A stretch of DNA of 64,000 nucleotides from Alphaproteobacteria bacterium (GCA_964291675.2 OZ219865.1:928001-992000), one strand, 5' to 3'. Shown: positions 20,097-29,837, counted from the first letter of the stretch. Notes: generated by a model not told the origin, from the sequence alone. Numbers and translations: made by a program.

Positions 20097-21281
20097 TCAG
20101 CTGCAGGTCTGGCCGTGCGCCACCGCCTTGAAGGTCTCGACGATGTCGAAGCTCGTGCCCTTGCATTCGGCAAGGAACATGTCCTTGACGACATGGCGGT
20201 TGGTCATCACGGCCGTACCGGTCGGCGTCTTGTACTCCAGCTTGTCGGCCGCCGCCATCAGCTTGCCGGCATCCGTCCCGCCGGCCTTCTCGATCAGCGC
20301 CTTGGCGCAGTAGACGCCGCCATAGGTGTCCACGCCGATCATGCCGAGCTGCGGCGCCTTGGCGCCGGCGGCTTTCCTGTAGCCCGCCTTGAACTTCGCG
20401 TTGGCCTCGCTCTGCTCGTTCTCGAAATAGGACATGGCGCTGTACAGGCCGTTCGAGCTCTCGTCGCCGATGCCGAGCAGGGTCTGCTCTTCCAGCAGGT
20501 AGGAGATCCGCCTGATCGACTTGTCGAGGCCGAACCCGGCGAAGGTGCGGTTGAAGTTGATGTTGTCGCCGCCCACCAGGGTGATCGCCACGAGATCGGG
20601 ATTCTTGGCCTTGATGCGGGTCACCGCGTCCTCGAACTTGTTGGGCGCGCCGAGCGGCACGTATTCCTCGCCGACCACGCTGCCGCCGGCGGCGGCGATG
20701 TATTTCTTCGCCTCCTCGTTGGTCTTGCGCGGCCAGACATAGTCGTTGCCGATGAGATAGCAGGACTTCGTGCCGAGCGTCCTCGCCAGCCAGGCGATCG
20801 AGGGCTGGACCTGCTGCTGCGGCGTATCGGCCGTCACGTAGACATTCGGGTTGCACTCGCCGCCCTCGTAGAGAGGCGTGTAGACATAGGGCACCCGGCC
20901 CTTCAGCGCGGCGACGATCGCTTCGCGCACCGCGCTGTCGTGCGACCCGATCACGCAGTCGACCTTGTCGCGCAGCATCAGGCGGATCGCCGCCTTGGCG
21001 GCCTCGGCCGGCGGCGCGCCGCCGTCGGACGGGATGACGGTCACCTTGCGGCCGCCGATGCCGCCGGCCGCGTTGATCTCGTCGACGGCGAGAGCGGTTA
21101 CCGCCGTTTGCGTCGGACCGAACAGCGAGCCCGGCCCGCTGAGCGCGTAGAAGGTGGCTATCTTCAACTCTTCGGCGGCCCGGGCGCCGGTGAGGACGGA
21201 CGGCGCGACGACCGCGGCCCCCGCACCCAGCGCGCCGGCAACGAAACGGCGGCGCGACACCTGTCCGGTGGAATTCGGCAT
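20097..21281 (-). CDS. Amide/urea ABC substrate-binding protein (UrtA/AmiC-like), Tat-exported
   Basis: SRRRFV Tat signal; YTPLYEGGEC, GNDYVWPR motifs. Confidence 0.9.
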   Translation of the reverse strand: MPNSTGQVSRRRFVAGALGAGAAVVAPSVLTGARAAEELKIATFYALSGPGSLFGPTQTAVTALAVDEINAAGGIGGRKVTVIPSDGGAPPAEAAKAAIRLMLRDKVDCVIGSHDSAVREAIVAALKGRVPYVYTPLYEGGECNPNVYVTADTPQQQVQPSIAWLARTLGTKSCYLIGNDYVWPRKTNEEAKKYIAAAGGSVVGEEYVPLGAPNKFEDAVTRIKAKNPDLVAITLVGGDNINFNRTFAGFGLDKSIRRISYLLEEQTLLGIGDESSNGLYSAMSYFENEQSEANAKFKAGYRKAAGAKAPQLGMIGVDTYGGVYCAKALIEKAGGTDAGKLMAAADKLEYKTPTGTAVMTNRHVVKDMFLAECKGTSFDIVETFKAVAHGQTCS

Positions 21282-21332
21282 CGTGTTCTCTCCCTGTTTC
21301 TGTTCCTGTCGTCAGCCCCGTCGACGGTGGGG

Positions 21333-22745
21333 TCAATTCCCGGCTTCGGCGGAACGCGGGGCCGGGGTGGCCGGCAGCGCCGCTTCCACCGCCGCGCTCA
21401 AGGCCAGCAGGGCGCGGTCGCTCCCCGCCGGGCCGTCGAGCTCCATGCCGACCGGCAGACCGCCGCCGGAGAGCCCGGCCGGCAGGGTGACGCCGGGAAT
21501 GCCGGCGAGGCTGGACGGGCCGGTATTGCGGATGAAGGTGAGGAAGGTCGGCACCCGTTCGCCGTTCAGCTCGACCGTCTCGTCCTCGCCGATGGGCGCG
21601 GCGGGGAGCGGCGTAGTCGGAAAGATCGCCGCGATCACGTCGTTCGACGCGAAATACCCGGCATAGGCGGCCTGGAGCGCCGGACGGGTCTGCGTCAGCG
21701 CCTCGCGGTAGACCGCCTCGGGAATGGCGCCCTCGGGCGTCAATACGCCTTGCAGCAGCCCCGCCACGTCCGGGCTGGCCACGGCGGCGGCGAGGCCCGC
21801 CAGGTCGAGCGGCAGGCCGCTCTCCAACAAATAGCGGGTCAGCTCCACCACCGTCTCGTACAGCGCGACGGGGAACCCGGCGGCCGCGTCCAGCTTCGGA
21901 ACGTCCGGCATCTCCGCCTCGACCAGCACCGCGCCCGCCGCGGCGAGCGCGGCCAACGCCGCGTCCGCGACCCGGGCGGTCTCGGGATGCAGGTCGTCGT
22001 AGAAGTAACCGCGGGGCACGCCGATCCGCGCGCCCTTCAGGGCCATGCGGGGCAAGTCGTCGGGCGCCCCGGCGATGACACCGTCGAGCAGGGCGAGGTC
22101 CTCGACCGAGCGCGCGAGCGGTCCCGCGGTGTCCCGCGTGCTGGAGATCGGGACGATGCCGTCCCGGCTGTACCGCCCGGCGGTCGGGCGGAACCCGGCG
22201 ACGCCGCAGAGCGCGGCCGGGATGCGCACCGAGCCGCCGGTGTCCGTGCCCATCGCGACCGGTGCCATGCGCGCCGCGACCGCGGCACCGGAGCCGCCGC
22301 TGCTGCCGCCCGGGATGCGCGCGGGGTCGTGGGGGTTGCGCGCCGGCCCGAAGGCGGCGTTGTTCGACGTGATGCCGAAGGCAAGCTCGTGCATGTTGAG
22401 CTTGCCCATGACATAGGCGCCCTCGTCGACGAGGCGCCGCAGGACGGGCGCGGTCCGTGCCGGGCGGTGATCGCGCAAGCCAGGCGTGCCGCCGGTGGTC
22501 GGCATGTTCGCGGTATCGAAATTGTCCTTCACCGGCACCGGCAGCCCGGCAAGACGGCCGCCGCCGGGGACAGCGCGCGAGGCGGCGTCGAGCACCCGGT
22601 CAGGATCGAGATGGATGAAGGCATTCAGCCCGCCGCGGCGTTCGCACTCGGCCAGCAGCGCCTCGGCGTACTCGCGGGCGGAAATGCGCCCCTCGCCGAT
22701 CTGGCGAAGCGCCTCCGATGCCGTCCACTCGGCAATCTCGCCCAA
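21333..22745 (-). CDS. Amidase-signature enzyme, indoleacetamide hydrolase (IaaH)-like
   Basis: VKDN, GGSSGGS, GTDTGGSVRIPA; MHELAFGITS and IRNT motifs typical of the IaaH/mandelamide hydrolase group. Confidence 0.88.
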   Translation of the reverse strand: MGEIAEWTASEALRQIGEGRISAREYAEALLAECERRGGLNAFIHLDPDRVLDAASRAVPGGGRLAGLPVPVKDNFDTANMPTTGGTPGLRDHRPARTAPVLRRLVDEGAYVMGKLNMHELAFGITSNNAAFGPARNPHDPARIPGGSSGGSGAAVAARMAPVAMGTDTGGSVRIPAALCGVAGFRPTAGRYSRDGIVPISSTRDTAGPLARSVEDLALLDGVIAGAPDDLPRMALKGARIGVPRGYFYDDLHPETARVADAALAALAAAGAVLVEAEMPDVPKLDAAAGFPVALYETVVELTRYLLESGLPLDLAGLAAAVASPDVAGLLQGVLTPEGAIPEAVYREALTQTRPALQAAYAGYFASNDVIAAIFPTTPLPAAPIGEDETVELNGERVPTFLTFIRNTGPSSLAGIPGVTLPAGLSGGGLPVGMELDGPAGSDRALLALSAAVEAALPATPAPRSAEAGN

Positions 22746-22833
22746 GATCGTTTCCTCGCGATGCGGCAGGTACGGCAGCCTCCCGGAATCCCGGCGTCAT
22801 CCCGGAGTGTGGCGCAGAACTCCGGGACGCGCC

Positions 22834-22851
22834 ATCCTCGGAATTGAGGAT
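22834..22851. promoter_or_regulatory. 18-bp palindrome, candidate LuxR-family operator
   Basis: ATCCTC-GGAATT-GAGGAT between the regulator stop and the amidase start. Confidence 0.5.
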
Positions 22852-22853
22852 TT

Positions 22854-23630
22854 TCAGCCGCAATCCTCCGCCGGAAAGGCAAACCGCGTGGCGAGCTGGG
22901 TCCGGTTCGAGACGCCGAGCTTGGCGAAGATGTGCTTGAGATGGGTCCTGACGGTGGCGACCGATATCCCGAGCGCCCGGGCGGCCTCCATGTCGGTCCT
23001 GCCGAGCGCGGCCGACATCGCGATCTCCTTCTCGCGCGCGGTCAGCCGGGCCTCGCCCGCGATGCGCTCCATCAGCCCGCCCGGCGAGGTACCCGCCCGG
23101 CCGCCGCCCTCGCGCGCCAGGGCGCGGCGCATCGCGTTGGTGAAGGACGGGCCGATCGCATCCACGATCTCGATCTCCCGGCGCGAGAAGTCCTCCTTGC
23201 CGCGGCCGCGCCAGATCCTCAGATCGCCGATATTCGCGCCGCCGGCATAGGCGTAGTAGTTGATGCCGTAGTAGAGCCCGTCGCGGGCGAGAAAGTCGTT
23301 GAAAAACTCGCTCCGCTCCAGCGCCGGGCGGGAAATGACCTCGTTCACCGAGGTGGTGCGCCGGCGGCGCTGCAGCGCCGGCGTGATCGGGTCGCGGAAC
23401 TGGTAGTAGGACTCGTAGGCCGACAGATTGTCGTCCGACATGTTGAGGGCCACGCGGTCCGCGAACCTGCCTTCCGCCTCGCTCCACACATAGGAGGCGA
23501 GGTACTCGGCGTTCAGCAGGTCGCGCAGCAGGGGGCACAGGCAGAGGCGCAGATCGCGGGACGAGTGGCCGGCCGACAACTCGCCCATGATGCGAAAGAC
23601 GACTTCCGACTCCCTGGAGGTCAGGTTCAT
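22854..23630 (-). CDS. LuxR-family HTH transcriptional regulator
   Basis: C-terminal LTAREKEI...LGISVATVRTHLKHIFAKLGVSNRTQL. Confidence 0.92.
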   Translation of the reverse strand: MNLTSRESEVVFRIMGELSAGHSSRDLRLCLCPLLRDLLNAEYLASYVWSEAEGRFADRVALNMSDDNLSAYESYYQFRDPITPALQRRRRTTSVNEVISRPALERSEFFNDFLARDGLYYGINYYAYAGGANIGDLRIWRGRGKEDFSRREIEIVDAIGPSFTNAMRRALAREGGGRAGTSPGGLMERIAGEARLTAREKEIAMSAALGRTDMEAARALGISVATVRTHLKHIFAKLGVSNRTQLATRFAFPAEDCG

Positions 23631-23828
23631 CCCGATGCTCCCCCGCGACAGAGGCTAGCCCATGTCCGTTTCGGATGGAACCGACGCGGATCGACGAGGG
23701 AACCGCCGCCGGTCATGGTCGACGTCCTACCTGCCCCATGTCGTCATGCGCGGACCGCGGGCCCGGGCGTTTCGCCGGCGCGGCGATTGTGGCACAAACC
23801 GCCCGGGCCGGCGGACAGGAAGGACGAC

Positions 23829-24137
23829 ATGTTTATCGCGATGAACCGGTTCCGAATCGCGCGCGGCCGCGAGGCGGAGTTCGAGCGGGTCTGGCGGGAG
23901 CGCGACTCCCATCTCGACGGCGTGCCCGGCTTCGTCGAGTTCCGCCTGCTGCGCGGGCCGGAGGCCGAGGACCACACGCTGTATGCCTCGCACGCGCTGT
24001 GGCGGGACCGCGAGTCGTTCGAGGCCTGGACCCGCTCGGAGGCGTTCCGCAAGGCCCATGCGGGCGCCGGCGCGAGGCGCGGGCTCTATCTCGGCCACCC
24101 GGATTTCGAGGGCTTCGAGTCGGTGCTGGAGCGGTGA
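23829..24137 (+). CDS. ABM-domain protein, IsdG/HmuQ-like heme-degrading monooxygenase
   Basis: MFIAMNRF...W..RESFEAWTRSEAFRKAH with the Asn/Trp/His triad. Confidence 0.85.
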   Translation: MFIAMNRFRIARGREAEFERVWRERDSHLDGVPGFVEFRLLRGPEAEDHTLYASHALWRDRESFEAWTRSEAFRKAHAGAGARRGLYLGHPDFEGFESVLER

Positions 24138-24147
24138 AGCCCGGGCC

Positions 24148-25038
24148 GTGATCGCCGGCCTCGGGAACGCGTTCGCCCGCCTGCCGCCGTCCTGGCAGGG
24201 GGCGGCCTGGATGACCATGAGCGCGCTGCTCTTCGCCGGGCAGGCCGCCATCGTGCGCTATCTCTCCAAGGAGATGCATTTCCTCGAGATCTCGCTGTTC
24301 CGCGCGCTGTTCGGCGTGGTGGCGATGCTGCCCTGGCTGATGCGCACGGGCATCGGCGTCATGCGGACCCGGCACGCCGGGCTCTACGCCACGCGCGGCT
24401 TCCTCAGCACGATCGCCATGTATGGCTGGTTCGGCAGCCTCGCCCTGATCCCGATCGCCGACGCGACGGCGATCTCGTTCACCTTCCCCCTGTTCATCGC
24501 GCTGTTCGGGGTGATCTTCCTCCGCGAATCGGCGCATCCGATGCGCTGGGCGGCGCTGATCATCGGTTTCGCCGGCACGCTGGTCATCGTCCGTCCCGGC
24601 TTCCAGGAGGTCAATATCGGCATGGTCATGGTGATCGGCGCCGGGCTCTGCATCGCCACCTCGGCGATGATGCTCAAGGTGGCGATCCGCAGCGACCATC
24701 CGGACACGGCGGTGCTCTACCAGTCGGTCTTCATGCTGCCCTTCGCGGTGGCGGGCGCCGCCCTCGTCTGGCAATGGCCGAGCGCCGAGCAGTGGCTCTG
24801 GGGGCTGGCGCTGGGCGCGGCGTCGGCCACCGCGCAACGCTTCTACACCCGCGCCTTCGCGGTCGGCGAGACCGGTGCGGTGGCGCCGTTCGATTTCGCC
24901 CGGCTGCCTTTCGCGGTGGCGCTCGGCTTCGTCGCGTTCGCCGAGCTGCCGGATCTGTGGACCGTGCTGGGCGCCGCGATCATCTTCGCGGCCTGGATCG
25001 TCGCCGAGCGCAGCGAGGCGAGACGGACCCGCCTGTGA
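24148..25038 (+). CDS. DMT/EamA family transporter
   Basis: Ten hydrophobic segments, FTFPLF, LRE, IVRPG, APFDFARL. Confidence 0.9.
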   Translation: MIAGLGNAFARLPPSWQGAAWMTMSALLFAGQAAIVRYLSKEMHFLEISLFRALFGVVAMLPWLMRTGIGVMRTRHAGLYATRGFLSTIAMYGWFGSLALIPIADATAISFTFPLFIALFGVIFLRESAHPMRWAALIIGFAGTLVIVRPGFQEVNIGMVMVIGAGLCIATSAMMLKVAIRSDHPDTAVLYQSVFMLPFAVAGAALVWQWPSAEQWLWGLALGAASATAQRFYTRAFAVGETGAVAPFDFARLPFAVALGFVAFAELPDLWTVLGAAIIFAAWIVAERSEARRTRL

Positions 25039-25057
25039 GGCGCCGCCCCGTACCGCC

Positions 25058-25483
25058 CTACCCCGCCGCCGGGCCCTTGGTCAGGGTGGTGACGTTGCGG
25101 CCGTCCTCGCGCCGGTATTCGACGCTGTCCATCATCGTGTTGACCAGGAGCAGGCCGAGCCCGCCGGGGTCGCGCTCGTGGAGCGGGGCGTCGGTATCGG
25201 TGTCCGGCACCTGCCTCGGGTCGAACTCGATGCTGTCGTCGACGATGGTGACGACGAGCGCGCCGTCTTCGCGGCGCAGCGCGAGATCGATACGGTGCGG
25301 GTCCTCGTCCCGGTAGCCGTAGGAGATGATGTTGGTGAGGAGCTCGTCGAGCGCGAGGTTGACCGCGTAGGCGACCGCCGGCTCGACCTCTCCCGCGGCG
25401 CAGAATTCGTCGATCCGCTCGGCGACGCAAGCGATCTCGGCCGCGTCGTTGGCGAGCGACATGTCCAACCGATCCTCGTCCAT
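25058..25483 (-). CDS. RsbW-like anti-sigma factor / HATPase_c_2 protein
   Basis: LALDELLTNIISYGY, FDP, GGLGLLLV..MMD. Confidence 0.9.
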   Translation of the reverse strand: MDEDRLDMSLANDAAEIACVAERIDEFCAAGEVEPAVAYAVNLALDELLTNIISYGYRDEDPHRIDLALRREDGALVVTIVDDSIEFDPRQVPDTDTDAPLHERDPGGLGLLLVNTMMDSVEYRREDGRNVTTLTKGPAAG

Positions 25484-25633
25484 GGTTCCACCCTTCGGCC
25501 CGGTTCCAAGGATAACATGGTGTGCCCCGGGCCGGAATCGAGGCTGCGCATTCCGTCACGGCGCGCCGGGGAACTTACCTTGCGCCGGGCGATGGGCTTA
25601 TCATGGCCGCCGGCAGTGCGGAGGAATGCCGGC

Positions 25634-26530
25634 ATGGATTCGACCCCCGTCGCCTTCTACTCCGAGGGGTGCAGGCTGGTCGGCGACTACTACCCGCCCG
25701 CGGACGGTGGCGGCGGGGTGCGGGCCGGCGTCGTGCTGTGCCACGGCTATACCGGGGTCAAGGACCTGTACCTGCCCGACAACGCGCTTGTGCTCGCCGA
25801 GGCGGGCTACGCCGTGCTCGCCTTCGACTACAAGGGCTGGGGGGAGAGCGAGGGGCCGCCCACAAGGCTCGCCCCGCACAGCCGGGTGGCGGACGTGCAG
25901 GCGGCGCTCACCTTCCTCGGCGCCCGGGAAGAGGTGGACCCGAACCGGCTCGGGCTCTACGGCACCAGCTATGGCGGGGCGACGGCGGTGTGGACCGCCG
26001 CCATAGACCGCCGGGCGCGCTGCACGGTGAGCGTGGTCGGGATCGGTCACGGCGAGCGCTGGATGCGCAGCGTCAGGCGGCCCGACGAATGGTTCGACCT
26101 GCTCGAACGCTCCGCCGCCGACCGGGTCCGCCGCGCGGCGGAGGGCCGGTCGGAGCTCGTCGCGCGCACCGAGGTGCTGCTGCCCGACCGCCAGTCGGCC
26201 GCGCTCGCCGCCGCCGCGCGGCGGGGCGTGAAGGGTGCGGTGGATGCGCTGCCGCTCGAATTCGTCGACGAGACCCTCGCCTTCCACCCCGAATGGGTGG
26301 TCGACAGGATCGCCCCCCGGCCGGTGCTGTTCATCGCCGCCGGCGACGACCGGCTGGTGCCGCCCGAGGAGTCGCGCGCGCTCTACGACCGGGCGGGCGA
26401 GCCGAAGAGGCTGGTGGTGCTCGACGGCTGCGGCCATTACGAGGTCTACGCCGAGCCCGCCTTCACCCGGGTGATGGACGAGTCCCTGGCCTGGTTCGGC
26501 CAACACCTGGCGGGGAGAGGAGAACCGTGA
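25634..26530 (+). CDS. Alpha/beta hydrolase
   Basis: CHGYTG, FDYKGWGES, GTSYGG, D..VP, GHY. Confidence 0.88.
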   Translation: MDSTPVAFYSEGCRLVGDYYPPADGGGGVRAGVVLCHGYTGVKDLYLPDNALVLAEAGYAVLAFDYKGWGESEGPPTRLAPHSRVADVQAALTFLGAREEVDPNRLGLYGTSYGGATAVWTAAIDRRARCTVSVVGIGHGERWMRSVRRPDEWFDLLERSAADRVRRAAEGRSELVARTEVLLPDRQSAALAAAARRGVKGAVDALPLEFVDETLAFHPEWVVDRIAPRPVLFIAAGDDRLVPPEESRALYDRAGEPKRLVVLDGCGHYEVYAEPAFTRVMDESLAWFGQHLAGRGEP

Positions 26531-26865
26531 GACGCACCCTCATCGCCGGTTGCCTCGTCCTGCTGGCCGCCGCCGCGCTGGCCCATTCGAGGCTCGGCAC
26601 GACGGTTCCGGCGGATGGCGCCGTGCTCGCGGCGATGCCGAGCGAGATCGTGCTCACCTTCACCAAGCGGCTGCGCCTGACCCGGGTGCGGATGACCGGC
26701 GACGGCGAAGCCGTCGATCTCGACCTCGGCGGGGTAAAGGGCTTCGCCACAAGCTTCGCGATCCCGGTGCGGGGCCCGGGGCCGGGGTCCTACCGGGTCG
26801 AGTGGCGCGGGCTCGCCGCCGATGGGCACGCGATGCGGGGCGGCTTCTCCTTCCGGGTCGAGTGA
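26527..26865 (+). CDS. copC: Copper resistance protein CopC
   Basis: Signal peptide ending ALA, then His1; Y.VEWR..AADGH motif. Confidence 0.88.
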   Translation: MRRTLIAGCLVLLAAAALAHSRLGTTVPADGAVLAAMPSEIVLTFTKRLRLTRVRMTGDGEAVDLDLGGVKGFATSFAIPVRGPGPGSYRVEWRGLAADGHAMRGGFSFRVE

Positions 26866-26868
26866 GCC

Positions 26869-27729
26869 TTGCCCGATAGCTGGCAGCTCGCCGCGGCGCT
26901 TGCCAGGTTCCTGCTCTATCTCGGCGTGCTGGGCAGCGCCGGGCTGGTCTTCGCGCGCATCGTGTTCCGCCGGGAGACCGGGCCGATCCGCGGCATGCTC
27001 GAACGGCGGGCCGCCGCGCTCGCCGTCCTCGCATTGGCCGCCGCCGGGCTCGGCTTTCTGCTTACCGGCGCGGCGATGACGGGCGATGTCTCGGGCATGG
27101 CGGATGCGGAAATGCTGGGCCTGCTCTGGCGGACTCCGGCCGGCACCGCGCTCGCCACCCAGGCCGCCGGCCTCGTCCTGCTGCTGGGCGGAACCCTGTT
27201 GCCGGGGCGCGGGGTGTGGGTCGCGGCGGCGGGCGGGCTGATCGCCCTCTGGTCGTTCTCCCGGGTCGGCCACCTGGCCGATGCCGGCGCGGCGTGGCTG
27301 CAGGCGGTGCTGCTGGTGCATCTCGCCGCCGCCGCCTTCTGGATCGGCATTCTTGCGCCGCTGCGCCGGCTGGCCGCCGACGACCTGCCGGGCGCCGCGG
27401 CGCTGGGAACCCGATTCGGCCGCATCGCCGTCTGCGCGGTGCCGCTGCTGATCGCCGCCGGGATCGTCATGGCCTGGCGCCTGCTCGGCGATCTTTCGGC
27501 CCTGCTGGCAACCGCCTACGGCTTCGTCCTGCTCGCCAAGATCGCCGGCGTCGGCGTGCTGCTCGCCGCGGGGGCGGCCAACAAGCTCCGCCTCGTGCCG
27601 GCGATGCGGCGCGGCGAGCGGGCGGCGGCGGCGGGTCTGCGCCGCTCGATCGCGCTCGAATGGCTGGCGGTCGCGGCCGTGCTGCTGCTCACCGCGGCGC
27701 TGACCGGGCTCGCCGGGCTGCCGGGCTGA
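26869..27729 (+). CDS. copD: Copper resistance membrane protein CopD
   Basis: VGH, VHLAAAAFWIG, YG.VLLAK, ANKLRLVP motifs; follows copC. Confidence 0.88.
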   Translation: MPDSWQLAAALARFLLYLGVLGSAGLVFARIVFRRETGPIRGMLERRAAALAVLALAAAGLGFLLTGAAMTGDVSGMADAEMLGLLWRTPAGTALATQAAGLVLLLGGTLLPGRGVWVAAAGGLIALWSFSRVGHLADAGAAWLQAVLLVHLAAAAFWIGILAPLRRLAADDLPGAAALGTRFGRIAVCAVPLLIAAGIVMAWRLLGDLSALLATAYGFVLLAKIAGVGVLLAAGAANKLRLVPAMRRGERAAAAGLRRSIALEWLAVAAVLLLTAALTGLAGLPG

Positions 27730-27734
27730 TCGCC

Positions 27735-28013
27735 CCTCCCGCAGCAGCCAGCGGAACGCCAGCGTGGCGGGCTCGGCGAACATCGGATGGGCGACCTGCA
27801 CCGCGACACCGAGCGCCGCGCGGCCGGCGCCGATCTCGCGGCGCATCGGGAAGGCGAGCGCGTCAGGGTCGACCTGCCCCGCCGGCCCGCTGCCCGCGCT
27901 GGACGCCCTGAAACGGCCCCTCCCCTCGCGCCCAGGATCGCCTCCGCGACGATGCTCCGCGCCGGGCTCCCGGGGCACGGGAACAGCATGTTGCAAGTCT
28001 TCTCGTCCGCCAT
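27735..28013 (-). pseudogene. arsC: Degenerate LMWP-type arsenate reductase ArsC
   Basis: MADEKTCNMLFPCPGSPARSIVAEAIL (decayed CTGNSARS P-loop) continues in another frame as EGRGRFRASSAGSGPAGQVDP; 3' boundary approximate. Confidence 0.7.
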
Positions 28014-28148
28014 GGCGGGACGGAAGGTTCGATTTTGTGACACGCGGCGTCGGGGCCGGGTGCGACGTTTTGTATCGTCGACATCCCACACCGGTCGTGC
28101 GAATCCGGACCCCGCCGGCGCCCGTCGCGCCGGAGACGGAGTGCGCCG

Positions 28149-29195
28149 ATGGAGGTATCGCGTCGCGAACCGCAACGCCCGGCAGCATGGCTGCGCGGCG
28201 CCGGATTCGACGGCGTTCTGATTCTGGGGGGATTTTCGCTGGCGCTGTTCTCCGGCGCGGCGATCCTCTACGAGCCCTCCTGGTTCTACCCGATCCTGGT
28301 GGTCGACCTGTGGGTACTCGGCTACCACCATGTGATCTCCACCTTCACCCGGCTCTGCTTCGACAGGGCGAGCTATCGCGAACGGCGCTGGATGATCGAG
28401 CGCCTCGTCCCGGCCATCGCCGCGGTCACCATCCTGCTGGCCTGGGCGGTCGGGATCTGGGCGATCGTGACGATCTATTTCTATTGGCAGTGGTGGCACT
28501 ACGCGCGGCAGAGCTGGGGCATCTCGCGGGCCTATCGCCGGGCGGACCCGGGCGCCTTCCACGAGGACGGGTGGCTCGACCGGGCGACGTTCTACGCCAT
28601 GCCGGTCTACGGGATCCTGCTTCGGTCGAGCCAGGACCACGCCCATTTCATCTTCATGGATCTGTGGACGTTTCCGGTTCCGGAGCCGGTTGCGGACGCC
28701 GCGGGCTATGCCATGGCGGCGCTGCTCGCGCTGTGGGCGGCGCGGCGGATCGCGGCCTTGCGGCGCGGGCGCCTCGCCCCGGCCCACACGCTCTACATGC
28801 TGACCCATTTCGCGATCTTCGGCGTCGGATATGTCTGGATTCCGGACATCACCCTCGGCTGGCTGATGATCAACATCTGGCACAACTTCCAGTACATCCT
28901 GTTCGTCTGGATGTTCAACAACCGGCGTTTCGCGCGAGGGCTCGATCCCGCCGCCCGGCTCCTGTCCTATATCAGCCAGACCGGGCGGATGTGGCTGTAC
29001 CTGCTGACCTGCATCGCGATCACCGGCGCGGTCTATTGGGGCGTGCTGCGGACCGTCGACTGGCTGTTCTTCGCCGGGCTCTCGGCGACGATCGTGCTCT
29101 ACCAGATCGTCAACTTCCATCACTACGTGGTGGACGCGCTGATCTGGACCAAGCGCGGGCGCGGCGCCTACGGCATGGCGCTCCGCCCGCGCTGA
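28149..29195 (+). CDS. Multi-pass membrane protein with His motifs, function unknown
   Basis: About 9-10 TM segments; GYHH, WWHYARQ, WHNFQY, FHHYVVD. Confidence 0.8.
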   Translation: MEVSRREPQRPAAWLRGAGFDGVLILGGFSLALFSGAAILYEPSWFYPILVVDLWVLGYHHVISTFTRLCFDRASYRERRWMIERLVPAIAAVTILLAWAVGIWAIVTIYFYWQWWHYARQSWGISRAYRRADPGAFHEDGWLDRATFYAMPVYGILLRSSQDHAHFIFMDLWTFPVPEPVADAAGYAMAALLALWAARRIAALRRGRLAPAHTLYMLTHFAIFGVGYVWIPDITLGWLMINIWHNFQYILFVWMFNNRRFARGLDPAARLLSYISQTGRMWLYLLTCIAITGAVYWGVLRTVDWLFFAGLSATIVLYQIVNFHHYVVDALIWTKRGRGAYGMALRPR

Positions 29196-29392
29196 ACCTC
29201 CGTACACTTCGGCGGTGTCTCCGAGCCGCCGGGATCTCGCGCGCGGCCCGATGGCGTCCGCGTCATGGCCGTACGCCGGCCGAACTCACCCCGCCGCAGC
29301 GCCGCCGGCGGCAGTCATGCCGCGAGTGTCGCCGTCATCGTCGCCTCTCCTGTAGGATGAGCTTCCCTCGTACCCTCGGGAGAGTAGCTCGC

Positions 29393-29725
29393 ATGACGCC
29401 CGCCGACGACGCGCTGATCGCCCGCATCCGCCCGCTGCTCGCGGGCCGGGAAGGCTATTCCGAGCGCCGGATGTTCGGCGGCGTCTGCTTCATGATCGGC
29501 GGCAATATGTGCCTCGGCACCTGGAAGGGCGCGCTGATCGTGCGCCTCGACCGCAAGGACCACGAGGCGACGCTCGCCGAACCGCACACCGCGCCCGCCG
29601 ACATGAACGGGCGGACGATGCGGGGATGGGCGCTGGTCGAGCCCGCCGGCATCGCGACCGGGGACGACCTCAAGAGCTGGGTCGAGCGCGCCGCCGCCTA
29701 CGCGGCGAGCCTGCCGGCGAAATGA
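29393..29725 (+). CDS. TfoX/Sxy N-terminal domain protein
   Basis: ERRMFGGVCFMIGGNMC...GRTMRGW...SLPAK. Confidence 0.88.
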   Translation: MTPADDALIARIRPLLAGREGYSERRMFGGVCFMIGGNMCLGTWKGALIVRLDRKDHEATLAEPHTAPADMNGRTMRGWALVEPAGIATGDDLKSWVERAAAYAASLPAK

Positions 29726-29837
29726 GGGGGCTCCGTCTCCCACCACGGTGAGGATCGGGGAAGTCGGCCATGACCATGGCGGCCGCGCCCAAGTGTGCCC
29801 GAGTGGATTCCCCGATATTCCTCCATCCTGCCATGCC

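Noticed and set aside
22795-22828. Hairpin TCCCGGAGT...ACTCCGGGA as a riboswitch
   Set aside because: Single stem with no recognisable aptamer; could be a REP fragment
19917-22847. 976-aa plus-strand ORF (similarly 51233-54274, 12390-14441, 30152-32113)
   Set aside because: Antisense or off-frame shadows of real genes; long stop-free frames are expected at this GC content
29200-29392. Possible mini-ORF or ncRNA (RBS-like GGAGAGG then MTATLAA on the minus strand)
   Set aside because: Too short, with no recognisable family or structure
27764-29725. 653-aa TfoX fusion
   Set aside because: Only the last 110 aa are TfoX; the rest overlaps the membrane protein out of frame
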